Assembly (NCBI GenBank): GCA_010909165.1
Contig: VJWM01000011.1
Span: 1,551,456-1,615,455, forward strand
Origin: Anthoceros angustus
Lineage: Eukaryota > Plantae > Anthocerotophyta
Length of the DNA stretch: 64,000 nt
Direction of reading: 5' to 3'
The translations under genes were made by a program, and so were the position numbers. How positions within the stretch are numbered: position 1 is the first letter of the stretch; each line of letters opens with the position of its first letter. This document shows, piece by piece, positions 50,777 through 63,539 of this stretch. Below the pieces are notes generated by a model. It saw nothing but the letters and a program-made list of their open reading frames with translations. It did not search any database and had not been told where the DNA came from.

Positions 50777-53469
50777 CTAATAGTCCAGGACAGCCTCGAT
50801 CCTTATGGGGACACCGCTATTGGGGCATGGCAGACCCGAAACGTCGAGGCCAGTGTCTGGCTTATCTACTGTCCACCTGTTTCGACACCAGGTCGGCACC
50901 CGTCGGTTAGCCAAGAAGCATATTTGGGGATGGGGATTGTAGATGACCTGTGAGCTATTGCAGAAGAATGGAGACGCACCTGAATTTGAGCATCATGTGA
51001 TGCAACATCACTTTCATGTCCATAAGTGCCAGCTCCTTCCCAAGGCACAATCTGGTTCCACCTCCAAATGCCAGCAGGGTGTAAGGTTTCGGTGGCACCT
51101 GTTGGTAGACAAGGAACGCAGAGTGTCACAAGGTTACTCCCAAAATGTTGTTGGATGTCTATTAGTCGGAGATGACTGTATGATTTCTAATGCCGAATTC
51201 AAGCATCAGGCTGCTTACATCGAAGCGAGAGGGATCGAACGTCTCCGGGTCTTGGAAGACTTCTGGACTATGGTGCAAGTCGTGAGTGTCATGCACAAGG
51301 CTCCAGCCTTTAGGAATGTGGTATCCTGCAGGTGGCACATGTGTCAGGCACGGAGAAAGCTTCGGGTAAATCATTGCGGCAATCAAGCACTAGTCTGTGA
51401 CCCATGTTAGGACTCCCTGCTTGGAGTAGGGAAGAAATCTGAACGGTTGGCGATGCCAGGTGCAGCATACATGCCGTTGAATGTGAAGTCCTCCTTGACC
51501 TGTCGATTCCACCAGAAAGCGAGAGAAGAAACTCGGAGTGCCTCGTTGATCACCTGGAGGCACACGTACATGAGACAAAGACAGATGGATCTTAATTAGG
51601 AGGCCAGATTCCAGTGAGTAGCTGTGCGGCACTAGGGTGGAGAATGTTGAGGTATCTGAGTCTCACTTTCACTGTGTAGGCCATCGGTTGGCCGAGATCC
51701 GCCCATGTCAGTGCCTCTCCAGCTTGTTTGTTTCTTCTCACTGCCAAATGCTCCGCCTACAGTTCAAGCAGGAAAACAAAACCTCAAGGTGAAGTTGGCT
51801 TCGATCCAAATTGTTCCAAACGAATGTCGTTTCCTATGGACGACGTCTGTGACAGCCAGGGGCCACGCTCACCAGCAGCTTCTCCTTGACGCTGGGATTC
51901 TCATGCAGCAGCTTGAGCTTGAAGCCAGTGTGTTGGTGGTGGTCTCAAACCCAGCAACGATCAGGGTGACCACATTGTCCCTCAGCTGCTCGTCGTCCAG
52001 GGCAGGCTTGTCGCTGGAAGAATCGGGGTCGACTGCCTTCATCATTTCACTCAGCAGGTCATTGCAAACGATTTTCCCGCTCCTTCTCAGCGCGATTTCG
52101 GTGTCGAACATTTCGCCCAGTTCCTTTCTTGCCTGCAAGCCCAGTCCACTTGCGTTGTTAGATTTATTGCGGCCCCAGGGCAAGGAGAAATTGGACACTG
52201 TGCGCCAAATTGGGCCTCGAACGAATTGGCACCTGCATCGCTTTGTGAAAGGCCAATCCAGGAAGATTGATGGGCACCGCGAGCAAGTTGTTTCTCACCG
52301 TTTCGGTGAGCCGCTCACCAGCAGCTTCTCCTTGACGCTAGGATTCTCATGCAGCAGCTTGACAAGCCAGGTGAGTGTGTTGGTGGTGGTCTCAAACCCA
52401 GCAACGATCAGGGTGACCACATTGTCCCTCAGCTGCTCGTCGTCCAGGGCAGGCTTGTCGCTGGAAGAATCGGGGTCGACTGCCTTCATCATTTCACTCA
52501 GCAGGTCATTGCAAACAATTTTCCCGCTCCTTCTCAGCGCGATTTCGGTGTCGAACATTTCGCCCAGTTCCTTTCTTGCCTGCAAGCCCAGTCCACTTGC
52601 GTTGTTAGATTTATTGCGGCCCCAGTGCAAGGAGAAATTGGACACTGTGCTCCAAATTGGGCCTCGAATGAATTGGCACCTGCATCGCTTTGTGAAAGAC
52701 CAATCCAGGAAGATTGATGGGCACCGCGAGCAAGTTGTTTCTCACCGTTTCGGTGAGCTCACGGCCCCTGTCACGCACCGGACCAGGACCCCAGCTCAGC
52801 ACCAGTCCCACGATCACATGATAAGAGAACTGCGCACCGTCAGCAACTACCCATTACAATCCCAAGCTCACTAACATTGCAATTTGCGCACAAACGGCAA
52901 GAGTGGCCCAATTCTGGTGCGCTCACCTTGGCCATGTCGTGCCTGACGACGGGGACGTCGCCCAGCTTCCAGGAACCGAGCGTCTCGAGAGTCGCTTGCT
53001 CCACCACGGGCAGATACTTCCTAATCCTCTCGCCCATGAAGGCCTCGTTGAGCATTTTGCGATAGAGCTTGTGCCTGGGGCCGTGCACATTGAGCATGGA
53101 CTCCTCGCCGACCAGCTTCCTCCCGGGGAGGATCTGGTGCGCATGCACCAGCTTGTCCTCGCTGGCGACCAAGAGTTTGGCCGCCTCGGCGCCCCTGAAA
53201 AACACATACGGACTGCCCAGCAGGTGCGACTTGAACACATCGCCATACTTGCGAAAGCGCTTTGTCATGAATGTCTCCAGATCCCCGCTCTTGAAGTAGC
53301 CCATGAGCTCCATCGTCTCTCCCAGCAGCGGGAAGCCCATGGTCCCCGGCAGCTGCTTGGAGCCCTTGGGCGCCCATATCCCCCTCCGCTCCCAGTACCT
53401 CCACACTGGCCAGCCCACAGCAAGCACCGCAAGAGCCACCCCTATCTCCACAGCCAACGTCACGTCCAT
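50777..53469 (-). CDS. Cytochrome P450, CYP85-clan-like, copy A (multi-exon, with an internal duplication of exon-2 sequence)
   Basis: N-terminal TM plus LPGTMGFPLLGET, KYGDVFKSHLLG, I-helix AGFETT, VINEALR (ExxR), FDPSRF and heme motif FGGGTRLCLG (about 51040-51070). GT-AG introns are present. About 51869-52310 duplicates about 52315-52757. May be intact in vivo. Confidence 0.88.
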
Positions 53470-53915
53470 GGCTGCCCTGCGATTCTTAGAAGAACGGAAT
53501 GCAATTTCAAGAATGCCATGCCGCAGCAATCCCTCCTGCTTTCGCACATTGCTGACTTCCGGGTGAAGTGTGGACTTGTCAAGTCGCAAGCAGATGCTGC
53601 AGCTTTTTTCTCAAAGAATCTCCAACTTTTCTGAATACAGTGCCGTCGAAACATGCGACAGCAATGGGACTGCCAGAGGGACGCAGACGTCGGGCTGCCC
53701 TGCGATTCTTAGAAGAACGGAATGCAATTTCAAGAATGCCATGCCGCAGCAATCCCTCCTGCTTTCGCACATTGCTGACTTCCGGGTGAAGTGTGGACTT
53801 GTCAAGTCGCAAGCAGATGCTGCAGCTTTTTTCTCAAAGAATCTCCAACTTTTCTGAATACAGTGCCGTCGAAACATGCGACAGCAATGGGACTGCCAGA
53901 GGGACGCAGACGTCG
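53470..53915. repeat. Near-perfect tandem duplication of 223 bp immediately upstream of the P450 copy A start
   Basis: gctgccctgcgattcttagaagaacgg at 53471 and 53694. Confidence 0.92.
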
Positions 53916-54163
53916 TACAACAACACCTTTTGCTAAAACTGGAATGAACTGCCAGACGGACCCAGACGTCCCAGACGTCATAGCTCTCCTTTTGCCGCAA
54001 CCCACTGGATAAAATATTGACGCACTACGGTTGGACCCCTAGCTGAGCCCATATCCTTCGAGTGCAGGATCACTTTATCCCAAGGTTTACGGCAAGCCCA
54101 TATGTATTACATTAGCGGCGGCTTTAACACACAGGGTTTAATATGTTGGAGCACATCGTGCGG

Positions 54164-56347
54164 CTATGGGAGTGAGCGCTCCTGCTGCCTACTGTCCTCC
54201 GGGATTGTGGCTGTTTGGAAGGAGCCACAGGACTCCATGTGCAATCTTATCATAGCTCGGTTGGCAGATTGATAGTCCTGAACAGCCTCGATCCTTATGG
54301 GGACACCGCTATTGGGACATGGCAGACCCGAAATGTCGAGGCCAGTGTCTGGCTCATATACTGTCCACCTGTTTCAACACCAACTCAGCACCCGTCGGTT
54401 AGCCAAGAAGCATGTAGGATAATATTGCGAATGACTTGTGAACTATTTATTGCAGAAGAATGGGGACGCACCTGAATTTGAGCATCATGTGATGCAACAT
54501 CACTTTCATGTTCATAAGTGCCAGCTCCTTCCCAAGGCACAATCTGCTTCCACCTCCCCACGCCAGCAGGGTGAAGGCTTCGGTGGCACCTGTTGGTAGC
54601 ATCGGAATGAGGGGTGTCACAAGATAACTCCCAAGATGTTGTTCGTTGTCTATGATTCGGAGACGTCTGTAATGATTCTAGTGTTGAATTCAAGCATCAG
54701 GCTCTTACATCGAAGCGACAGGGATTGAAGATCTCTGGGTCTTGGAAGATTTCTGAACTATGGTGCAAGTTGAGTGTCAAACACAACGTTCCAGCCTTTA
54801 GGAATGTGGTATCCTGCAGGTGGCACATGTGTGTGTCAGATAGTGAGAAAGCTTGGGAATATCATAACGGAAATGAAGCACAGTGATCACCATGTTAGGA
54901 CTCCCGCTTGGAGTAGGGAAGGAATATTTACGGTTGCCAATGCCAGGTGCAGCATACATACCGTTGAATGTAAAGTCCTCCTTGACCTGTCGATGCAACC
55001 AGAAAATGAGAAGACACTCAGTGCCTCGTTGATCACCTGCATGCACACATGAGACAAGACAGATGGATCTTAGCTTACGCCAGATTCCAGTGAGTAGTGG
55101 GCCACAACTAGGTTGGAGAATGTTGAGGATCCGAGTCTCACTTTCAAGGTGTAGGCCATCGGTTGGCCGAGATCCGCCCATGTCAGTGCCTCTCCAGCTT
55201 GTTTGTTTCTTCTCAGAGCCAAATGCTCAGCCTACAGTCACAAACGCAAAAACCAAACGCCAAGGTTGGGCTCGCCTGGATCCAAGCTGTTCCAAACCAA
55301 TTTCGTTTCCTATGGACGACGTAGCTGTGTTATATCCCCAGGGCCAGGCTCACCAGTAGCTCCTCCTTGACGCTGGGATTCTCATGCAGCAGCTTGACAA
55401 GCCAGGTGAGTGTGTTGGTGGTGGTCACAAAGCCAGCAACGATCATGGTGAGCACATTGTCCCTCAGCTGCTCGTCGTCCAGGGCAGGCTTGTCGCTGGA
55501 AGAATCGGGGTCCACTGCCTTCATCATTTCGTTCAGCAGGTCGCTGCGAACAAATTTTCCGCTCCTTCTCAGCGCAAATTCGGTGTCGAACATTTTGCCC
55601 AGCTCCTTTCTTGCCTGCACGCCCAATCCACTTGCGTTGTTCGGTTTATTGCGGCCCATTGCAAGCCTTGGGAGAAATTGGACACCTGTCCTCCAAATTG
55701 GGCCTGGAATCAATTCGCACCTGCATGGCCTTGTGAAAGGCGAATCCAGGAAGATTGATGGGCACCGTGACCAAGCTGGTACTCACTGTTTTGGTGAGCT
55801 CCAAGCTCCTGTCACGCACTGGACCAGGACCCCAGCTCAGCACCAGTCCCACGATCACATTATAAGCGAACTGTGCACCGTGAGCAGATACCAGTTAGCA
55901 AACATCACGAGCTCTGCAAAAACATTGCAATTAGATTGCAGACAAACGGTAAGAGTGGCCCAATTCTGGTGTCCTCACTTTGGTCATGTCGTGCCTGATG
56001 ACGGGGACGTCGCCCAGTTTCCAGGAACTGAGGGTCTCGAGAGCCGATTGCTCCGACACCGGCAGATACTTCCTCATGCTGTCGCCCATGAAGGTTTCGT
56101 TGAGAATTTTGCGATAGAGCTTGTGCCTGGCGCCGTGCACATTGAGGAGCGACTCCTCGCCCACCAGCTGCCTCGCGGGGGGGAACTGGTGCGCCTGTAC
56201 CAGCTTGTGCTCGACTGTGACTAAGAGCTTGGCCGCCTCGGCGCCCTGAAAACACATACGGACTGCCCAACAGGTGCGACTTGAACACATCGCCATACTT
56301 GCGAAAGCGCTTTGTCGTGAATGTCTCCAGATCCCCGATCTTGAAGT
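54164..56347 (-). pseudogene. Cytochrome P450 copy B, interrupted in exon 1 by a Copia insertion (remaining 5' part garbled at about 60735-60900)
   Basis: Colinear with copy A (AGFVTT, VINEAL, FNPCRF, heme-region homolog). Homology stops at cttgaagt, directly before the LTR at 56348, and resumes after the 3' LTR. Confidence 0.88.
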
Positions 56348-59300
56348 TGTTAGAAATCTATAGGATTGGTGCAACACATCACATATTAGAGTTATGAGTA
56401 TAAGTCCTAGAAGTATAGGATTATCCCCAGAGCGAGATAGGGTTTCATACTATCGAGAGTATGACAAGGCCAAAGGCTATATATGTATGCATAGCACACC
56501 ATTTCTAATGTAATCGAACTGAATACTGCTTTCTAACATGGTATCGAGCATGGTTCAGAGATGCGTAAAGTACTGCACCACCGCAGTGGGACTCTTGCCA
56601 CTTGTCTTCTATTGCATTGTTTGTAGTTATGCACTAAGTGTCCGTGGAAAGCTCGCTTGCAATTTGTGAAGCTTGGTAGTAGTTTTGGTGCGAGGAACTT
56701 TTGTCTTGTCTTTGCATAGCTTTCGAGGTGTGCATATGGAGACTACGCCAAGTGGAGAAGTTTGATGGCGTGAACTTCACATTATGGAAGTTGAAGCTAA
56801 AATCTCTTCTCATTGAGGATTGTGGAAGTTTGTGGAAAATGGACTTCCGATGGCGCTCGAAAAGGATATAGACAAGGATGCGAAAGCCTTGGCTAATATT
56901 ATCTGAATGTGATGACATTCTCTCACAATTGAGCGAGTGTGTCTCTTCGCAGGATGCATGGAAAATTCTTTGCACAACGTGAGAAGAAGAGCATTGTGAG
57001 CGAAATGCCGGAAAGTCAATTCTCCAACTTCAAGATGAGGAGGCGACACGTTCAACAACATGTCAACAAGTTGAAAAGCTTGGTTGATCAAATGAGGGAG
57101 GCAGATCAAACCTTGGAGGGTAAGGTGATCACTGTCCCGAGTAGTTTGCCACCATCATGTAGGCAATTTTTATTGTCTTATAGGGCATCCGTGCGTCCAA
57201 GTGACAATCAACCAACCTTTGATGAGGTGGTTAGATTACTCCTACAAGAGGAGCTTGATGGTTCTTTCCAAGGCAACGAAGGCTTGGCACTCTTCTCAAG
57301 AAGAGCACATCACGGTGGAAGACGCAAGCCAAGTCTCTAGAAGGGACAAAGGATAAGATGCAAAGAGAAAGGTGAAAGGCTTTTGTTATTATTGCGGAAG
57401 CCCAATCACCACGCAAAGGATCAGAAATAAGATTGGCGACTTGAAGGGGAAATCATCCCAAGCTAATCAAGTCGAGAAGGACCAAGAACACATCTTCGCT
57501 TCAAAAAGAGATCAAGCGACTTCATCAAAGAAGGATGAGAGTTTGTACCTTGACTGCATCCCAAAGATTCGCTTATAACCTTCCTTGGTTCTCAAGCTAC
57601 GAGGTATTGCGAGGGCATAGGGCGCTTGGTGACAATAGGTCACATGACATCAAGGGAAGAGGAGTGTTACGAGTCCATCTTCCGGAGGACTACAGTATTA
57701 AAGACGTGCATCATGTGCCTCATCTTGCGAGGAATCTTCTTCTGCCGCAAAAATTGCCGATGGTCATGAGGTTGTGTTCAATTCCAAAGGATTTGGATCC
57801 AATGAAAGCTGAGTTATCGAATGCTAAAGTGATTGCTAGGGCGTCCAATAGGAAATTTGTTGTGTGCTTCGTGGGAAGGCAAGCTTGCACCTTTATGGAT
57901 CAAAAATAGCATTGGATCTATTGATTTATGGCATCAACGCAGGGCATTGGTGTGGACAATATCAGTTGATGAAGAACCAACATATGGTTCTGGCTTGGAT
58001 TTGAAAGAAGTGGGTGAGCCGCAATGCCAAGGGTGCATAATGGAAAGCTACACCGAACTAAGTTCCCAAAGATTGCGTGACGAGCAAAGATAGAGTTGGT
58101 ACACACGGATGTGTGGTCCAATGAAAATCCACTCATGGCGGAGCCCGCTACATTCGGTGTTTGTGGATGATTTCACTAGGAAGACTGGACATATCTTATG
58201 AAGGAGAAATCGGTATTTACACTCTTCAAGGAATGGAAAGCCATGGTGGAGAACGAAGTGGACAACGTCAAGACTTTGCGTGAGTGACAACGGAGGTGAA
58301 TACATCTCCACCGACTTCCAACGCTAAGGAGCATGGAATTGGAAGGCAACTAACCATCCCTCACACCGGAGCAAAATGGAGTGGCGGAGCGAAGTCTGGT
58401 GGAGGCTAAATGCATGTTACATCATAGTGGCGAAGTACGTTTTGGGGTGAGGTCATGTTACTGAACCTATGTTTTGAATCGAGTTCCAACCAAAGCTATT
58501 GTTGGAATGACCGAGGAAGCGTGGTCTCAAGCCCGACATAAGCCATTTGAGGATCTTTGGTTCGGTTTATGCTCACGTTCAAGCAAACCCGAACAAAATG
58601 GGATCCAAAAGGCGTGAAGTGCCTTATGCTTGGATACTCACGAGATTAAGGGCTACGGTTGTATGATCTTTCAAGGAAGAAGATCATTTTTAGCGTGGAC
58701 GGTTGTATTTAATGAGGTTGTGGAACCCATCAAAGGAGTGGAGCTCCAACCCCGTTATCATGAAGGATCCGGCGGCGTATGTTGACGACGATGAGGATTC
58801 CGACTATGATGACACTCTTGAGCAACCCGCTCGAGCCCAACGAACCTTCTCAACAATGCGACATAGAGGGGAGAAAGGGAAATTCGATGTCGCGATTGGA
58901 GAAGTAGATGAAGATCAAAGCATTGTCGAATTGAAAGAAGAGGAAGCTCAAGTATTCGAGAGAGACAACCAATCTTGAGAAGATCGAGACAATGGAAACC
59001 TTCAAGAAGATCTTGGAATCCATGAATGCATGTGTATGAGGAGGCATGGTTGGCGAACCACAAAGCCTAAGGAAGCATTGGAAGGACCAAAGGCAAAGGA
59101 GTGGAAAGAAGCCGTGGAGTGAGTATAACTCTTCTCAAGAACAAAACTTGGGCAATCACTCCTCTACCTCACGGAAGGAAGAGCATAGGATCAAAGTGGA
59201 CATTCAAGATTAAGCGCAATGATGGAAGCATAGAGCTAAGGCAAGGCTGGTGGGGAAAGGATATACACAAGTCCTGTGTGTGGATTATCCGATACCTTCT

Positions 59301-60728
59301 CCCCGCGCTAAGATAGCATCTATCCGAGCTCTCCTAGCTATCGCAGCCGACATGGAGATACATCATATGGATGTTACGCGTTCTGAATGGAGATCCGGAT
59401 GAAGAGATCTACATGGACCAGCGAGGGATCGAAATACCGTGACGCGAGGGAGAGGTATGTAGGCTGCTAAAGGCTCAGTATGGTCTTAAGCAACCGCCTT
59501 GCTTGGTATCGTAAGGTTGATGTGTTTTTCCTCTAGAGGTTTCAAGAAAACCAATGCCGATTGGAATATCTATGTGAAGAGAGTGGGAGAATCCATAATT
59601 ATCATTGTTTATGTGACGATTTGATTATTGCTAGCAATGACATGGAACTCTTAGACTCGAAAGCAAAGCCTTAATGCAAGCTTTGACATGAGAGATTTGG
59701 GTGAGCTCCACTATTCCTAGGAATAAAGGTGGAAAGGAATAGGGCTAACAAATGATCTCTTTGAGCCAACAAACATATGTGGAGACCATATTGAGCTGCA
59801 AGATTGCAAACCCATGAAGACGCCAATGATCTTCAATGAGAAGCTATCGCAGGAGATGAGCCCTACAAAGGAGAAAGAGAAGATAGATAAGACTCTCTAT
59901 CAACGTCGTTGGCTGTCTTACATATTTGGCAAAGGACAAGGCCCGACATTGCAGAGGCGTGGGAGTTGTGAGTCGATTCTTGGCCAACCTCGGACAAAGA
60001 TTATCAAGCAATCAGAGGATATTGATACTTGCACAAAACATTGGAAGTTGAAATACCAAAAGGATCGACATGAAGACGCCTGTGGTTGGATTTTGTGATT
60101 ACAATGGAGATGTCGATGGCAGCAAGTCTACCATGAGGATATGTGTTTATGCTATTTGGGGAGCCATTTCATGGAGTAGTAGGCGCCACCATCGTGGCTT
60201 TGTCCTCTGATGGAGTACATGGCAATATCTCACGCAACAATGGAAGCAATATGGCTACGACGATTCAAGAAATGGGATTTAAGCGGGTGCAACAACCATC
60301 TTCAACGACAATCAAGGTTGCATTTACTTAGCAAAGAATGCTACTTTTCACGCGAGGACGAAACACATTGAAGTAAAGCATCACTTCAAGAGAGAAAGTT
60401 CAATCCAAGGAGATAGAGCTAGCGTATTGTCCCACTATGGACATGCCCAGATGTTTTGACCAAAAGGGTTGACTTTAGAGAAGCACGTTAAGTTTAGCAA
60501 GATGTTAGGCTTAAAAGAGTAACTGATGTGTTGAGTGGGAGTGTTAGAAATCTATAGGATTGGTGCAACACATCACATATTAGAGTTATGAGTATAAGTC
60601 CTAGAAGTATATAGGATTATCGGGGCGAGATAGGGTTTCATACTATCGAGAGCAAAGAAATAAAGGCTATATATGTATGCATAGCACACCATTTCTAATG
60701 TCTTGAACACAGGAATATTTGTTTTCTA
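56348..60728 (+). mobile_element. Full-length Ty1/Copia LTR retrotransposon (about 4.4 kb, LTRs about 190 bp)
   Basis: 5' LTR 56348-56538 (tgttagaaa...tttctaaca); tRNA-Met PBS tggtatc(a)gagc at 56539; gag (EKFDGVNFTLWK), integrase, RT and RNaseH (HARTKHIEVKHHF) in Copia order; PPT 60532-60541; 3' LTR from 60542, with a garbled end. Many single-base deletions. Confidence 0.95.
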
Positions 60729-60729
60729 G

Positions 60730-62100
60730 TATTATCCCGGCTCCATAGTCTCTCAAGTGAAGAAGCCCATGGTCCCAGCAGTTGCTTGGAGATTTGGCGC
60801 CACATCCCCTCAGCTCCAGTAAAGCCAAAGGGCCCCAAGCCACTTCGCCATATCAAGCGTCACTCAATCTCACACCATGTCGACTTCACGGGCGCCTCGC
60901 ACGATTCTTTCAACAGCAGATTCCAAACTCAAGAATACAGGCAACCCGCACTCCTCCCACTTCACACAATGCTCGATATAAGGGTAGGAGTCAAAGGGAA
61001 TATGTGATGTCGATTCTTGGTCAACCTCGACAAGTAGTGAAGATCAAAGCATTGGCGTGCAAGAGATATTGCGATTAACTAAGCGCCCGCCATCCAAAGC
61101 TCATTGTCAAGTAGTTGCAATACCAAAAGGATCACATGAAGACCCTGTGTTTGAGAAGATTCAGACAATGAGGACGCTTCAGATCCTAATCCCTACAGGA
61201 TAAGCAAAAGTTTGTATATGCTATTTGGGGAGCTATTTCATGGAGTAGGCCAAAATTTCATGTGTCCAAGTACTGGAAGGACCATGGAGTACAATGGCAA
61301 TATCTCACGGGAGTGGTACAATATAGTCATTGCTCTCAAGATGGGATTTGCGTAGTATCCAACTCATCTCTCAACGACAATCAAAAACTTGCTGGCATTT
61401 AGCCGGGTTGAGCCAATGAGATAAAAACACATTAAAGTAAGCAGTCACTCATAGAGAGAAAGTTCAATCCGAGATGAAAGGCATACCCGTCTCACTCAAG
61501 ATTAAGCAGTATGTTTTGGATCAGTGGTTGACCTTTAGAGAAGCTAATGCTTAGTTTAGTGCATAAGGCATTAAAAGAGTAGCAATCGATGTTGAGTGGG
61601 AGTGTTAGAAATCTATAGGATTGGATACACACTGCTATAGTCCTGTGTGTGGATTAAGTCCTGTGGAAGTATATAGGATTATCCCTGTCGCTAAGATTCA
61701 TCTACTACTCGAGTATGACAAGGCGCAGTTATAAGTACAGCGCAAAATGCCATTTCAATGTGCAACTCAACTAATGGTCAATGTATAGGCCCATCGATTA
61801 GTCTCCCAAGCAATGGAAGCCTGTCCCCACTGTAAGAGATCTGGGATCGCAGGCATCAATCCCCTCCGCCTCCCGCTATGACTCCACACCGCCGCCACGG
61901 CCGGACAATGGGAAATACCGTGCAAGCGGCCATCTTAACTCTAGGTATGCCACACCCAATGTCACTCCAAAGGCTCAGATGGCATCCGATTCTTACAACG
62001 GAATTCAAACTCAAGAATGCAAAGGCAGCCGCACTCCTCCCACTTCACACAATGCTCGCTTCATGAGGTGTGGGATCACAAAATGCTCGGCGTCAAGAGT
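60730..62100. other. Garbled repeat of the Copia 3' end, LTR and P450 exon-1 5' sequence; probable consensus artefact
   Basis: About 61000-61765 is a scrambled copy of about 59965-60705, including ttgagtgggagtgttagaaatctataggattgg at about 61592. P450 5' sequence recurs at about 60735 and 61790. Confidence 0.65.
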
Positions 62101-63156
62101 CATGAAGTGTGAAGGCAAGTTGAGGCGGCCGATTCATCATGCGTGGCCTTAGCCGCCACTCCAATCCCCACAACCATTGTCACGTCGGGTTGCCTGCGAT
62201 ACTTCAAACAAGCTGAATACATTTCAAGGCGTCTGCGAGGCAATTGCGATCCCTCCCGAGAGCAGATGCATGGAATTCTTCAAAACTAGATTATTTACCA
62301 GGCCGGCCTCGTCAGCACTCTCCATCCGCCACAGCGTGTCACGGTCAGTATCTGATCATTGCCTCCATATCCATGCATGCGACGACATGTGCGATGAATC
62401 AATCCATGTCTGCGAGTTTGAGCAGTTCTAAAACTTCGCCAGTTTTCATTTATTTAGCTTCAGTTCTTCATTTCCGGTAATCATATTTAAAGCGTTACTT
62501 TCCAAGCCCGTTCAGTTATAAGCATTGTAGCGCTTATTTTCGGTGTGACAACACACTTGAATGGATACAAAGCGGAAATGGATTCACTTGGAGTTCTTAC
62601 AACTTCGACAAGTTCAAGTATAGTATAATTTCTTTGTGCGTTGTGCCAAAAGCAACACGTAGTGCAACAATGTGATGTAATAGGCCTGTCAGTTACTCGT
62701 GCTCCTTCATTTGTTAGATAAACTACATCGATTTAGTATGATCAAACCCTCTAATTGGGACCCCATAAATGGGAACCCCTTTAAATGGGGACGCAGCTTA
62801 CTCCCTTGAATGTGCTACATGCTAAATGGGAAACCCTCTAATTTGTAAATGGGAACATGTCTCCCAAACATTCAATGCAAGTACACCTGCATGTAAAGGA
62901 AAATACATATTTTAAAAAAATAAAAATTTGAGGAAATCGTGTTATCGATTAAATCATGAGTTATTGAGATTATGTCAAGTTAAAGGCTATCGAGTTATAT
63001 CATAAAACATGAGCAGTCATCGAGATAGAAGAGATGATTTATTGAGGTGAAAGAACGATGGAAGAGACCATCTAGGAAGGGACAACAAAATGGGGACCGG
63101 GGTCGGAGTGAAGAGGACACCAGCTCCCTACCTAAAGTGACCAAGCACCCACAATG

Positions 63157-63535
63157 TCATGTCACGGTAGAATAAGCGGCGCAAACCCACGAGGAAGAGG
63201 AAAAGGCATCACCCACCGCCGCCGCCTTATGGAGAATCGCCGTTGAGGCGCCCGTTGAAGAGCAATAGAAACCAGCCGGAGTATCTTTGTAATCTGAGAG
63301 GCAATACACTATACTGGCGCATGGTAGCTTTGGCACAAGACTTGATGAATTTGTCAAAGTCCTCGGCCATTTACGTTTCTAGAGCAAGCGGGATAAAGAG
63401 GTGGCCGCTTGCATCCCTATACTTTGCGGACCTTGAGAGCCGCAGACGGCGGCTGGGCGGTTGGTGATGACTGGCGGAGGTGGCGTCACGTGCGGTCGGT
63501 AACCACTACATCCGCCACCACACACAGTCGCCACG
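63157..63535 (-). mobile_element. 3' fragment of a CRE-like non-LTR retrotransposon (restriction-like endonuclease domain)
   Basis: Across frameshifts the minus strand reads VVADVVVTD..AALKVRKYRDASGHLFIPLALET...DFDKFIK...VSIALQR..AI, the typical RLE C-terminal pattern. Confidence 0.65.
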
Positions 63536-63539
63536 GACG

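Noticed and set aside
51705-56224. 389-aa, 243-aa and 285-aa plus-strand ORFs
   Set aside because: Antisense to P450 exons and inflated by the exon duplication.
62735-62860. Repeated aaatggga(a)ccc motifs resembling a pogo/mariner-type terminus
   Set aside because: No partner inverted repeat or TA duplication was identified, so it is too weak to call.
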